From an uncultured delta proteobacterium (GTDB lineage: Bacteria > Myxococcota_A > Polyangia > Fen-1088), in contig CAVYGB010000006.1 of assembly GCA_963767925.1 (NCBI GenBank), positions 288,001-352,000 on the forward strand: a stretch of DNA of 64,000 nt. Reading direction: 5' to 3'. Shown in pieces: positions 19,733 to 28,842 of this stretch; positions within the stretch are counted from its first letter, which is position 1, and each line of letters opens with the position of its first letter. The notes beneath the pieces were generated by a model. The model ran no database searches. It was not told the DNA's origin and worked only from the letters and a program-made list of their open reading frames with translations. The translations under genes and the position numbers were made by a program.

Positions 19733-22672
19733 TCACTGCGGATCGATGCAGGAGCCGGCCAGGCAGAGCTTGCCCGGTGCGCAGCCCGCGTTGTTGAGCG
19801 GCTCGCAGCTGCTGAGGCAGACGCCGTCCGCGCAGGCAAACGGGTTGCAGCTCGTGGGGGGATCGGCGCTGTCCTGGCAGACGCCGGCGCCGTTGCACAC
19901 CCGGCCCTGGACCGAAGCTCCCCCCGAGACGCAAGTGCCACCACAATTCTGCCCCTGAGCGCGCAGCTTGCAGACGCCGCTGCCGTCGCACTTGCCGGTC
20001 GTGCCGCAGGGGTTGGTCCCCATCTGGTCGCTGCAGCTATCGGGATCGGAGCCCTCGTCGGCGACGTTGGCGCAGGTGCCCTGGGGGTTGCGGCAACTCT
20101 GGCAGGAGCCGCAGCTCGCGCTGCCGCAGCAGGTCCCGTCCACGCAGCTGCCCGAGCCACACTCGCCGGCGTTGGTGCAGCTCGCGCCGAGGGCCTTCTT
20201 GCCGCAGCTCCCGTCGTCCCCGCACACGCCCACCGAGCAGTCGCCGTCGTCCGCGCAGGTCTCGCGGCACCTGGAGGCGCCGTCGCAGGTGAAGGGGGCG
20301 CAGGTCTGCTGCCCGCTGGCCGGGCAGTTGCCGTTGCCGTCGCAGAAGGCGGGGGCCGATCGATCGCTCGACCCGGCCGGGCAGGCGGCCGCCCGGCACT
20401 GGGTGCTCCGGCCCCACTGGCGGCAGGCGCCGCCGCCGTTGCAGGTCCCGTCGTTGCCACAGCTTCGCTCGGGCGACGGGGCGCAGCCCCCCTGGGGGTC
20501 GCTGCCGCCGGGGGGCACGTTGGTGCAGGTGCCCATCGACCCGGGCACCGCGCAGCTCTGGCAAGTGCCCCCGCAGGCGGTGCCGCAGCAGACGCCCTCC
20601 ACGCAGAAGCCGGAGGCGCACTCGGGGCCGTTGCCGCAGGGGCTGCCGTCGGTCTTGGTGCCGCAGCGGCCGTTGTCATCGCACTGGTTGGGCGCCTGAC
20701 ACTGGCCGTTGCCGGTGCAGGAGTTGAAGCAGTCGGTGCCCTCGCCGTTGCAGGCGAAGGGGGCGCAGGCCTGGGTGGCCCCCGGGACGCAGCTCCCGCC
20801 ACCGTCGCAGGCCGATACCAGCGTGCGCTGGCCCCCGTTGCAGCTCGCCGACCGGCAGACCGTGCCGGCGGCGTAGCGCCGGCAGGCGCCCCCGCCGTCA
20901 CACAGGCCGTCGGTGCGGCAGCTCGTGGGCCCCTCGTCGCGGCACTGGTCCGCGGGGTCGGGGCTGCCCGCCGCCACCGCCGAGCAGGTCCCGGCCTGGC
21001 CGACCTGGTTGCAGGAGAAGCAGCTCGCCGTGCAGGCCGACGAGCAGCAGACGCCCTGGGCGCAGAAGTTCGATCCGCACTCGGCCGCCGCCGAGCAGAG
21101 GGCGCCGAGCGGTTTGCGGCCGCAGGAACCGTCCTGGCAGGTGGCGGGGGCGACACACTGGCTGTCGTTGGCGCAGGAGGAGCCGCAGCTCGCCCCGTTG
21201 CAGCGGAAGGGGGCGCAGGAGGTGGCGGCCGGCGTCACGCAGCTGCCCGCGGCGCAGGTCCCGTCCTGGGTCTCCCGGTTGCTGCCGGCGTCGCAGCTCT
21301 CGGCCCGGCAGGCGGTGCCGTTGGGGTAGCGCTGGCAGCCGCGGTTGCCGTTGCAGCGGCCGTTGGTGCCGCAGGAGGCGGCGCCGGTGTCGGCGCAGGC
21401 CGCCCGGGGATCGGGCGTGCCGGGGGGGGTGTTGGTGCAGCGGCCGCGCGAGCCGGGGAAGCCACAGAACACGCAGCTCCCGCCGCAGGCGCTGTTGCAG
21501 CAGAAGCCGTCCACGCAGAAGCTGGACTGGCACTCGGCGGCGCCGGCGCAGGCCTGGCCGTTCTGCTTCTTGCCGCAGGAGCCCTGCTGGCAGGTGTTGC
21601 CCCCGGTGCAGTCGGCGGTGGCGGTGCAGCTCGCCTTGCAGACGTTGTCCGAGCAGGCGTAAGGAGCGCAGGGCACTGGCGCACCCACCAGGCAGGTGCC
21701 CGCCCCGTCACACACGCTCATCGGGAGCTCGCTGCCGCCCGAGCAGCTCCCGGGCCGGCACTCGGTGCCGGCCGCGTATTTGGCGCAGCCGCCCTGGCCG
21801 TTGCAGGTGCCGCTCAGGCCGCAGCCGGCGCGCGGCTCGGCCTGGCAGAGCCCGTGGGGGTCGGGGCTGCCGGCGGCGGCGGGGCTGCATTCGCCCATCT
21901 TGCCGACCTGGTTGCAGGCGACGCAGGGGCCCCCGCAGGCCAGGTTGCAACAGACGCCGTCGGTGCAGAAGTTCGAGGCGCACTCGCCGGCGGCGCCGCA
22001 GGTGGCGCCGAGCGGCTTTTTGCCACAGGAGCTGTCCTGGCAGGCCCGCCCGTCGCACTGGCTGTTCTCGGTGCAGCGGGAGAAGCAACGACCGCTCCCC
22101 GGGTCGCAGCCGTAGGGCGAGCAGACCGTGTTCGAGCCCTCGACACAGGACCCCGCCCGGCAGACCCGGGCCCCCGCCACGGCGTTGCCCTGGCACCGGC
22201 CGGCCGCACACTCGGTGCCGTCGGGGTAGCTGCGGCAGCCCCCGTTGCCGTTGCAGGTGCCGTCCAGCCCGCAGCTCGCGGCGGACTCCTGCTTGCACTG
22301 GCCCGGGACCACCGGGCGCTCACCCGCCGGGATGGGCCCACAGACACCGGGGCGATCGGGCAGGTTGCAGGCCTGGCAGGTGCCGGCGCAGCCGCTGTTG
22401 CAGCAGACGCCGTCCACGCAGAAGCCCGACTGGCAGGCCGAGTTGCAGCCGCAGGCGGTGCCGTTGGCCAGCTTGTCGATGGGCGGGCTGGCGCAGACCG
22501 CGGGCGGTGCCTCACGGATGAAGCCGTCGCGCCCACCTCCATCCCGTGTCCGGCCGTCGGTCCCGCCGTCAGCGGGGAGCACGACGGGGCGCGCCTCCGT
22601 GCGGCAGCCACCCAGCAACAACATCGCCAGCAGCGGCGCCCCCAGAACCCAAGCTCTATTACCCGACATCAA
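19733..22672 (-). CDS. Large Cys-rich repeat lipoprotein (about 6 repeats of about 145 aa)
   Basis: Lipobox LLLGGC; repeats of KxxGxxC..CxSxFCxDGVCCxxAC..CGxxGxCNGxGxC..CxPFxC. Confidence 0.85.
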   Translation of the reverse strand: MMSGNRAWVLGAPLLAMLLLGGCRTEARPVVLPADGGTDGRTRDGGGRDGFIREAPPAVCASPPIDKLANGTACGCNSACQSGFCVDGVCCNSGCAGTCQACNLPDRPGVCGPIPAGERPVVPGQCKQESAASCGLDGTCNGNGGCRSYPDGTECAAGRCQGNAVAGARVCRAGSCVEGSNTVCSPYGCDPGSGRCFSRCTENSQCDGRACQDSSCGKKPLGATCGAAGECASNFCTDGVCCNLACGGPCVACNQVGKMGECSPAAAGSPDPHGLCQAEPRAGCGLSGTCNGQGGCAKYAAGTECRPGSCSGGSELPMSVCDGAGTCLVGAPVPCAPYACSDNVCKASCTATADCTGGNTCQQGSCGKKQNGQACAGAAECQSSFCVDGFCCNSACGGSCVFCGFPGSRGRCTNTPPGTPDPRAACADTGAASCGTNGRCNGNRGCQRYPNGTACRAESCDAGSNRETQDGTCAAGSCVTPAATSCAPFRCNGASCGSSCANDSQCVAPATCQDGSCGRKPLGALCSAAAECGSNFCAQGVCCSSACTASCFSCNQVGQAGTCSAVAAGSPDPADQCRDEGPTSCRTDGLCDGGGACRRYAAGTVCRSASCNGGQRTLVSACDGGGSCVPGATQACAPFACNGEGTDCFNSCTGNGQCQAPNQCDDNGRCGTKTDGSPCGNGPECASGFCVEGVCCGTACGGTCQSCAVPGSMGTCTNVPPGGSDPQGGCAPSPERSCGNDGTCNGGGACRQWGRSTQCRAAACPAGSSDRSAPAFCDGNGNCPASGQQTCAPFTCDGASRCRETCADDGDCSVGVCGDDGSCGKKALGASCTNAGECGSGSCVDGTCCGSASCGSCQSCRNPQGTCANVADEGSDPDSCSDQMGTNPCGTTGKCDGSGVCKLRAQGQNCGGTCVSGGASVQGRVCNGAGVCQDSADPPTSCNPFACADGVCLSSCEPLNNAGCAPGKLCLAGSCIDPQ

Positions 22673-22736
22673 CTTCCCTCGACGTCCCTTCGCCCATCAG
22701 GGCTCAGACGGAGGTAATTGTAATCCATAAATCGGA

Positions 22737-22763
22737 GTGTAAGAGAAAATACTCTCTTGACAC
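22737..22763. promoter_or_regulatory. AT-rich inverted repeat upstream of the Cys-rich lipoprotein gene
   Basis: GTGT-AAGAGA-AAATAC-TCTCTT-GACAC in an AT-rich patch 65-90 nt upstream of the start. Confidence 0.4.
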
Positions 22764-22824
22764 ACCCTAACGAGTCGAGCCGGCGTCCTCCGCCAGCGTC
22801 ACGGGTCCGGCGGGCACCGGCGGG

Positions 22825-22867
22825 AAAAAAGCAGGGAGAGGGGCCCCTTTCCGGTCCCCCTCGTCCC
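22825..22867 (-). terminator. Probable intrinsic terminator of bfr
   Basis: Minus strand GGGACGAGGGG..CCCCTCTCCC followed by TGCTTTTTT, just after the bfr stop. Confidence 0.5.
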
Positions 22868-22879
22868 ATCTCGACGTGG

Positions 22880-23347
22880 TCAGTGGATCTGCTGCGAGAG
22901 GTACTGCTGCTCGCCGACCTGGGCGAGGAGGGTGAGCTGGGCTTCCAGCCAGTTCACGTGCTCTTCCTCGGAGACGAGGATCTCCTCGAGCAGCTCGCGG
23001 GTCCCGTTGTCTCCGAGGCTCCGGCACAGCTCGATGGCGGCGTTGAGCTTGCCGATGGCGGTGCGCTCCAGGTCCAGGTCCAGCCGATGCTGCTCGGGAA
23101 CGGTCTCGCCGATGGTGATCTTCCACAGGCGCTGCACGTTGGGAATGCCTTCGAGGTAGAGGATCCGCGCGATCAGCTTGTCCGCGTGTTTCATCTCGTC
23201 GATGGACTCGGCCCGCCCGTGCTCCCAGAGCCGCTTGTAGCCCCAGTTTTCACACATGCGGGCGTGCAGAAAGTACTGATTCGTCGAGGACAGCTCTCCA
23301 GTGAGGATGTCGTTGAGGGCGTCGATGACTTCCGGTTTGCCTTTCAT
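22880..23347 (-). CDS. bfr: Bacterioferritin
   Basis: [33 protein letters not shown] (heme Met), RILYLEG and EEEH ferroxidase motifs. Confidence 0.97.
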   Translation of the reverse strand: MKGKPEVIDALNDILTGELSSTNQYFLHARMCENWGYKRLWEHGRAESIDEMKHADKLIARILYLEGIPNVQRLWKITIGETVPEQHRLDLDLERTAIGKLNAAIELCRSLGDNGTRELLEEILVSEEEHVNWLEAQLTLLAQVGEQQYLSQQIH

Positions 23348-23459
23348 CGTGGCCCCATAGTACGCCAAGGGGCGGCAATTGGCCCCACCCGTCTAAACCC
23401 CGGTTTCGACGGGCGATTGACTGACTCTACCTCGCCTGCTACCTAAAGAGAAGGCGATC

Positions 23460-23476
23460 TTGAGAATCAGTATCAA
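23460..23476. promoter_or_regulatory. Fur-box-like site between divergent bfr and bfd
   Basis: TTGAGAATCAGTATCAA has 2 mismatches to the 7-1-7 consensus TGATAATnATTATCA; a TTGACT -35-like hexamer lies at 23417. Confidence 0.7.
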
Positions 23477-23506
23477 ATCTGGACCGATCGCGTCGGGGGT
23501 ACCACG

Positions 23507-23731
23507 ATGATCGTGTGTGTGTGCCATGGCATCTCCGACCGCCACATCGAGGCGCTGGTGGCCAGCGGCGCGCGGACCCCGGAGCAGGTCGAGCAGGCCT
23601 GCGGGGCGGGCAGCGACTGCGGCGCCTGCCGCTCCGAGGTGGAGCGGATCGTCGACTGTGCCGGGGTGTGTGCACCCCACAAGGCCAGCCAGACCTCGCC
23701 CAACCTGATCCTGCTCCGCGCCCGCCCCTGA
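23507..23731 (+). CDS. bfd: Bacterioferritin-associated [2Fe-2S] ferredoxin
   Basis: MIVCVCHGISDRHI..GAGSDCGAC. Confidence 0.92.
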   Translation: MIVCVCHGISDRHIEALVASGARTPEQVEQACGAGSDCGACRSEVERIVDCAGVCAPHKASQTSPNLILLRARP

Positions 23732-23738
23732 GCCCGGC

Positions 23739-24968
23739 TCAGCGTGCCGGTCGAGCCGCGAGCACCGCGTTGGCGGTCGTGGCGCTGGCCTGCTGCGGGC
23801 GGCTGTCGAGCAGGCGGCCGCCGAGCAACAGGCCGAGCAGGCCGACGACGGTGGCGGTGGCCAGCGCAGCCCAGCGGCGGCGCCGGAGGGGGATGGCGCC
23901 GATGCCCGACGTCGGGTCGAGATCGGACCTGGCCAGGCGGGTGCTGGCCTGGGAGGGCCAGGTGCCGGCGGGGCCGGCGTCGATCACGGGCAGGTCAGCC
24001 GGGGTCAGAGAGACGCTGTTCTCTTCCCGCCCGAACAGGTCGTCGAGCAGGTTGGGGATCGCCTCGCTCCGGTAGCGGAGGTCCTGCACCACCGTCTCGA
24101 GGGCGTCGCCCAGCGCGCGGGCGTCGGGGAAGCGGTCGTCGGGCCGGCGCTGCAGCGCGCGCAGCACGATGGCGTCGAGGGCGGGCGGGATGCCCGGGCG
24201 CAGGGTCGAGGGGGCGACGACGGGCCGCTCGAGCACGTTCTGCATGGTCTCGTAGTCGGTCCGCCCCACGAATAGCCGCCGGCCGGTGAGCGCCTCCCAC
24301 ATCAGGACGCCGAGGGTGAAGAGGTCGGAGCGGTGGTCGAGGGGCTGCCCCTCGACCTGCTCGGGCGAGAGGTAGGGGAGCTTGCCCTTGCACACCCCGG
24401 TCTCGGTGTTTTCGCCGAGGGTGAACTCGCCCTGGGTCTTGGCGATCCCGAAGTCGAGCAGCTTCACGCCGCCCGAGCGCAGCAGCATGATGTTGGAAGG
24501 CGTGACGTCGCGGTGGACGATGTTGAGCGGCACGCCGGTCGAGGAGATCAGGCCGTGGGCGTAGGCCAGTCCTCGCACCACCTGCAGGACCACGAAGGCC
24601 ACCGTGGCGGGGTCGAGGCTCAGGTTGCGGGTGGCCAGCTCGCGCAAGATGGTCGACAGATCCCGGCCGCGCAGGTACTCCATCGTGAGGAAATAGCAGC
24701 CCTCGACCTCCCCGAAGTCGTAGGTCTGCACGATGTTCTCGTGGTCGAGGAGCGCCGAGATGCGGGCCTCGTTGACGAACATGTCGACGAAGTTCGTCGA
24801 CTCCGAGCGGTCCGAGCGGATGCGCTTGAGCACGAAGGTTCGCTGGAACCCCTCCGCCCCGTGGGCCACCGCCCGGAACACCTCCGCCATGCCCCCGGCG
24901 CCGATGCGCTCGAGCAGCACGTAGCGGCCAAAACGCACACCCCAATCCCCGGTCTGGCGTGTCCGCAC
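23739..24968 (-). CDS. Hanks-type Ser/Thr protein kinase with C-terminal TM segment
   Basis: IGAGGMAEV, VLKR, HRDVTPSN, DFGIAK, GKLPYLSPEQ and SDLF motifs. Confidence 0.95.
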   Translation of the reverse strand: MRTRQTGDWGVRFGRYVLLERIGAGGMAEVFRAVAHGAEGFQRTFVLKRIRSDRSESTNFVDMFVNEARISALLDHENIVQTYDFGEVEGCYFLTMEYLRGRDLSTILRELATRNLSLDPATVAFVVLQVVRGLAYAHGLISSTGVPLNIVHRDVTPSNIMLLRSGGVKLLDFGIAKTQGEFTLGENTETGVCKGKLPYLSPEQVEGQPLDHRSDLFTLGVLMWEALTGRRLFVGRTDYETMQNVLERPVVAPSTLRPGIPPALDAIVLRALQRRPDDRFPDARALGDALETVVQDLRYRSEAIPNLLDDLFGREENSVSLTPADLPVIDAGPAGTWPSQASTRLARSDLDPTSGIGAIPLRRRRWAALATATVVGLLGLLLGGRLLDSRPQQASATTANAVLAARPAR

Positions 24969-24989
24969 CGTTCGATCTCCCTCATTGAA

Positions 24990-25007
24990 TGGTAATACAA
25001 GTTACCA
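24990..25007. promoter_or_regulatory. Inverted repeat TGGTAA-N6-TTACCA upstream of the kinase gene
   Basis: Perfect 6-bp arms in an AT-rich patch about 20-40 nt upstream of the kinase start. Confidence 0.4.
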
Positions 25008-25067
25008 AAATAACAAGGAGACACCCTCGGGCCCGCCCCCGAGGGAAAGCCCAATCGGCCCCGTGGG

Positions 25068-26447
25068 TTAGCTCAGGAAGAACTTCAGGTAGGGCTTCCC
25101 CTCCGCCTGGCGCAGCAGCAGCAGGGCCAGCTCGCGGGCGTGGTAGTCGCCCCACATGGACGACTCGCCGAGGGGCACCGAGCGGCCATCGGGCACGTGG
25201 TCCCAGCCGTTGGGACGGTGGTAGACCGAGTGGAGCAGGAGTCCCTCGTGGGCCGGGTCGCTCGAGAGGTAGGGTTCGCCGAACAGCGCGCGGGCGACCG
25301 TGAGGCCAGCCTGCTGGTAGCGGCGGGCCTTGGCGGCCTCGCCCTGCGTCGCCAGGTAGTTGCCGAGGCGGATCAGCCCCTGAGCGGCGATGGCCGCCGC
25401 CGAGCTGTCGACCGGCTCGTGCTGGTTGTAGGGGTCGGCGGCGCGGCCCAGGTAGTCGCCCATCCGGGCCAGGCCGGGGGCCCCGGTGTCCCAGTAGGGG
25501 ATGCCGTCGGTGGGCGTGTTGTCGATGTAGAAATCGGCGGTCGCCTCGGCCGCCTCCCGGAAGCGGCTCAGCACCTGCTCGCGGTCGCCCAGCCCGGCGA
25601 AGGCCTGGTCGGGCAGGGTCGAGAGGAACTCGAGCTGCTCGGGGTAGCCGCACAGGACCCAGGCCAGGCCGCGGGTCCAGGTGGAGAAGGGGGAATAGCC
25701 CTGCTGGCTCGAGGGGCAGCGGTAGGCCCCGTCGTTGAGGTTGAAGATCGACTCGTGGGCCACCCGGCCCCGCAGGTCGTAGGAGTCGCGGCCCTTGCCG
25801 TAGTAGACGTTGAAGCGGGCGGTGGCCTCGCCGTGCTGGATGATCCGGCCGAGCAGGGAGATCGGCTTGTCGCCCTCCCCCATCAGCACGTGGCCGAGCT
25901 GGTGGGAGACCGCCAGCGCCCGCAGCGAGCGGATGGTGTCGGCGAACAGCGAGTGGGGGCCGTTGAACGAGTAGATGTACCCCAGCTCGGGCGAGAGGCG
26001 GGTGAAGCGGGCGGCCTGGACGGCGCCCGTGACCTTGAGGGCCAGCTCGTAAAAACGCCGCTCCCAGGCGTCGTCGGGGATGCGCCCCTCCCGCTGCAGG
26101 CGCAGCAGGTTGCCGTAGGTGCTGACGTTGTTGAAGCCGTGGTCGTGCACGCCGACGTGGGTCAGGTGCGAGGCCATGCGCTCGACGGTGGCGGTGCGGC
26201 CGATCTCCAGGAAGCGCGGCTCGCCGGTGGCGTCGAACTGCAAGATGGCGGCGCCGAACTGGAAGCCCTGGGTCCACTCGGTCCAGCCGCGGGTCGTGTA
26301 CTGGCCGCGCACGGTGAAGACGGGGGTGCCCTGGGCCGGGTTCCAGCGCTTCTCCAGCCGATCGATCTTTTGACCGGACAGCTCGAACAGCTTGCGGATG
26401 GCGGGGGCGAGATCTTTGCTGGTGAGGGCGGAGTCGATCTTGAGCAT
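25068..26447 (-). CDS. Glycoside hydrolase, GH88-like (unsaturated glucuronyl hydrolase)
   Basis: Starts MLKIDS at 26447; WTQGF, HDHGF, STWTRGLAW, IPYWD, DSSAAAIAA and WGDY motifs. Confidence 0.85.
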   Translation of the reverse strand: MLKIDSALTSKDLAPAIRKLFELSGQKIDRLEKRWNPAQGTPVFTVRGQYTTRGWTEWTQGFQFGAAILQFDATGEPRFLEIGRTATVERMASHLTHVGVHDHGFNNVSTYGNLLRLQREGRIPDDAWERRFYELALKVTGAVQAARFTRLSPELGYIYSFNGPHSLFADTIRSLRALAVSHQLGHVLMGEGDKPISLLGRIIQHGEATARFNVYYGKGRDSYDLRGRVAHESIFNLNDGAYRCPSSQQGYSPFSTWTRGLAWVLCGYPEQLEFLSTLPDQAFAGLGDREQVLSRFREAAEATADFYIDNTPTDGIPYWDTGAPGLARMGDYLGRAADPYNQHEPVDSSAAAIAAQGLIRLGNYLATQGEAAKARRYQQAGLTVARALFGEPYLSSDPAHEGLLLHSVYHRPNGWDHVPDGRSVPLGESSMWGDYHARELALLLLRQAEGKPYLKFFLS

Positions 26448-26449
26448 GG

Positions 26450-27253
26450 TCAGAGCCTCTGCAGGTGGATGCCGCCGTCGACGTTGATGACGTCGCCGGT
26501 CGAAAACGGGAAGTTCCCCTTGAGCAGCGCGCTCACCGCGAGGCCGACGTCTTCGCCGGTGCCCCAGCGCTTCTGGGGCACGAGCCCCTCGCCGATGAGC
26601 TTGTCGTATTTTTCTTTCACCCCCGCGGTCATGTCGGTGGCCATGATGCCGGGGCGGATCTCGAAGACCTGCACGCCCTCGGTGGCCAGGCGGGAGGCCC
26701 ACAGCTTGGTGACCATGCCCAGCCCCGCCTTGGAGATGCAATATTCGCCCCGGTTGATCGAGGCGAGGTAGGCGGAGATCGAGGAGACGATGATGAGCTT
26801 GAAGCCCCCGGCCAGGCGCGAGGTGCCCTTGCGCTCGAGCCAGTGGCGGACCACCGTCTGTGACAGGAAGTAGGGGCCCTTGAGGTTGACGGCGATGACC
26901 TCGTCGAAGCTCTCCTCGGTGGCCTCGACGATGTCGGCCCGCACGCGGGGGGCCATGCCGGCGTTGTTGACGAGGGCGTCGATGCGGCCGAGGCCAGCCA
27001 GGGTCTCGGTCACGATGCGGGCCCGATCGCCGGCGTCGCCGACGTTGCCGCCCACCGCGAGGAAGCGCTGCTCCGGCCCGGGCGCCAGCTTGCGGCAGGC
27101 GGCCACCGTCTCCTCGGCGGCCTTGACGTTGCTGGCGTAGTGGACCGCCACCGAGAGCCCGTCGCGGGCGAGCACCTCGGCGATGCCGCGCCCAAGCCCC
27201 CGGCTGGCCCCGGTGACCAGCGCGACCGGGGGACCTTTCGTCTCTGGGTTCAT
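26450..27253 (-). CDS. SDR family oxidoreductase
   Basis: TGASRGLG, NNAG, YCISK and PGIMATDM motifs; 2 nt upstream of the GH88 gene. Confidence 0.92.
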   Translation of the reverse strand: MNPETKGPPVALVTGASRGLGRGIAEVLARDGLSVAVHYASNVKAAEETVAACRKLAPGPEQRFLAVGGNVGDAGDRARIVTETLAGLGRIDALVNNAGMAPRVRADIVEATEESFDEVIAVNLKGPYFLSQTVVRHWLERKGTSRLAGGFKLIIVSSISAYLASINRGEYCISKAGLGMVTKLWASRLATEGVQVFEIRPGIMATDMTAGVKEKYDKLIGEGLVPQKRWGTGEDVGLAVSALLKGNFPFSTGDVINVDGGIHLQRL

Positions 27254-27387
27254 GGGCCGCGCATTCAAGCACAGCCCCGGGTGGCGGGGGACCGGAAATC
27301 GCCAGGTGGGCTGGCGCGCCCGGGAGGGTCGCGATTCTCGGGTGCGGGCCCCGGCCGCCGCCAGCGGGAGCGGGGGTCAGGCCGGTC

Positions 27388-28701
27388 TCACCAGCCGAGC
27401 CACTCGGACTGGAGCGCGATGTTGATCTCGTCCTCGAAGGCCAGCTTGCCCCGGGTGTCCATGGAGTAGATCCGGGTGATGTTGGTGGGGCGGTGGTCCT
27501 CGGCGGTGAAGGAGATCGGCGGCGTCAGGCCCCCCGTCTGCAGGCCGCGGAAGGACTCGTAGGCCTCCTTGAGGTTCTTGCCGGTGAGGGGCTTGTCCTC
27601 GTCGAGCAGCTTCTCGATCCCCTCGCGGAAGAGAAAAAACGAGATGTAGCCCTGCACGTAGCGCACGTTGCGCCACCTCGTGTCGTCCTCGCCGTCGTGG
27701 CGCCGCCACTTCTTGTGGATGCGCATCAGCTCCTCCATGCCGACGTGGCGGAGGTCGCCGAAGGCGGCGAAGGCCTGCACCGAGAAGGTGCTGCCCACGC
27801 AGGCCTCGCCACACAGCTCCCAGGTGCGCTCGTCCATGCCGTAGAGGTTCATGATCAGCCGGGCGTCCGGGAGGTACCGCTTGGCCGCCTTGGCGAAGAA
27901 GGTGCTCGTGAGGATGGAGTTGCCGACCCAGAACCACTGCACGTCGGGGTTGGCGCTGGCGTACTCCTTGACCTTGAGATCGATCACCGCCTCGGTGTCC
28001 ATGAGGGCGGGGTTGACGTCGGGGGCGATGGTCAGGCCCAGGCTGACGGCGAAGGTCTTGCCGGGCGGGATGGGCTCCTTGCAGAAAGCGGAGTCCAGGC
28101 AATAGGCGAAGGCGATCTTGCCGCCGCCCCGCTTCTTCACGAACTCCATGCCGATCCGGATCTGGGTGGAGTAGTCGGTGCCGGCGAAGAAGTTGTAGGG
28201 GGCGCCCTCGGCCACGAACTCGCGGGCGCTGGGCTCGGTCGGCACCTGGATGGTGCGGCTCTGGGGCACCGGGGTGGCCAGGGTGGTGGCGTACGACCCG
28301 GAGATCCAGGGGACCTCGCGCATCTTTGCTTCCTTGCTGAAGGCCTGGGTGTCGGGGGTGCCCCAGCTGAAGAACTGGATGACGTCGTTGAAGCTCGGGT
28401 CGTTGGCCTTCCAGTCTTCGTAGGTCGCGATCCAGCGGGCCATCGAGTAGCCGTGGTCGACCGCCTTCTCCTCGATGGCGTGGCCGCGGATGCCGCCCAG
28501 CTCGTTGGCCTCGCGGATGGCGTCCTTGATCCCGATGTAATAGGGGGCGCCGTTCTCGGAGGTCGGCCCGGTGAGGACGGTCATGCTCCGCACCTGGATG
28601 GGCGCCTTGGGCCCCGGGGGCGTGACCGGTGGATCCTCCCCGCAGGCGAGGCCCGTCCCGATCAGCGCGCAACCGATCCAGCCCGCTCGTCTGTTCGTCA
28701 T
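27388..28701 (-). CDS. Orphan LIV-type (type I) substrate-binding lipoprotein
   Basis: GGAGGAG RBS; lipobox GLAC; LTGPTSENG, DAIREANELGGIRG, SWGTPDT and ISFTAEDHR motifs. Confidence 0.85.
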   Translation of the reverse strand: MTNRRAGWIGCALIGTGLACGEDPPVTPPGPKAPIQVRSMTVLTGPTSENGAPYYIGIKDAIREANELGGIRGHAIEEKAVDHGYSMARWIATYEDWKANDPSFNDVIQFFSWGTPDTQAFSKEAKMREVPWISGSYATTLATPVPQSRTIQVPTEPSAREFVAEGAPYNFFAGTDYSTQIRIGMEFVKKRGGGKIAFAYCLDSAFCKEPIPPGKTFAVSLGLTIAPDVNPALMDTEAVIDLKVKEYASANPDVQWFWVGNSILTSTFFAKAAKRYLPDARLIMNLYGMDERTWELCGEACVGSTFSVQAFAAFGDLRHVGMEELMRIHKKWRRHDGEDDTRWRNVRYVQGYISFFLFREGIEKLLDEDKPLTGKNLKEAYESFRGLQTGGLTPPISFTAEDHRPTNITRIYSMDTRGKLAFEDEINIALQSEWLGW

Positions 28702-28750
28702 GGTCTCCTCCAGCGTCCCCGCGTCGGTGACCACACCGCGCCCTGCCCGA

Positions 28751-28795
28751 CTAGTCGGGCCCGAGCGCAGCGAGGGAACCCGGCTACTTCGAAAA
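28751..28795 (+). repeat. Dispersed CTAG-CCCGAGCG(A/C)AGCGAGGG hairpin repeat, copy A
   Basis: 35/37 nt identical to 63130-63166 and 32/35 nt identical to the reverse complement of 51861-51895. Confidence 0.82.
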
Positions 28796-28842
28796 CAGTA
28801 CCTAGACTCGGCCGTCGGGGGACAGGACTTGAGGGCGACGCG

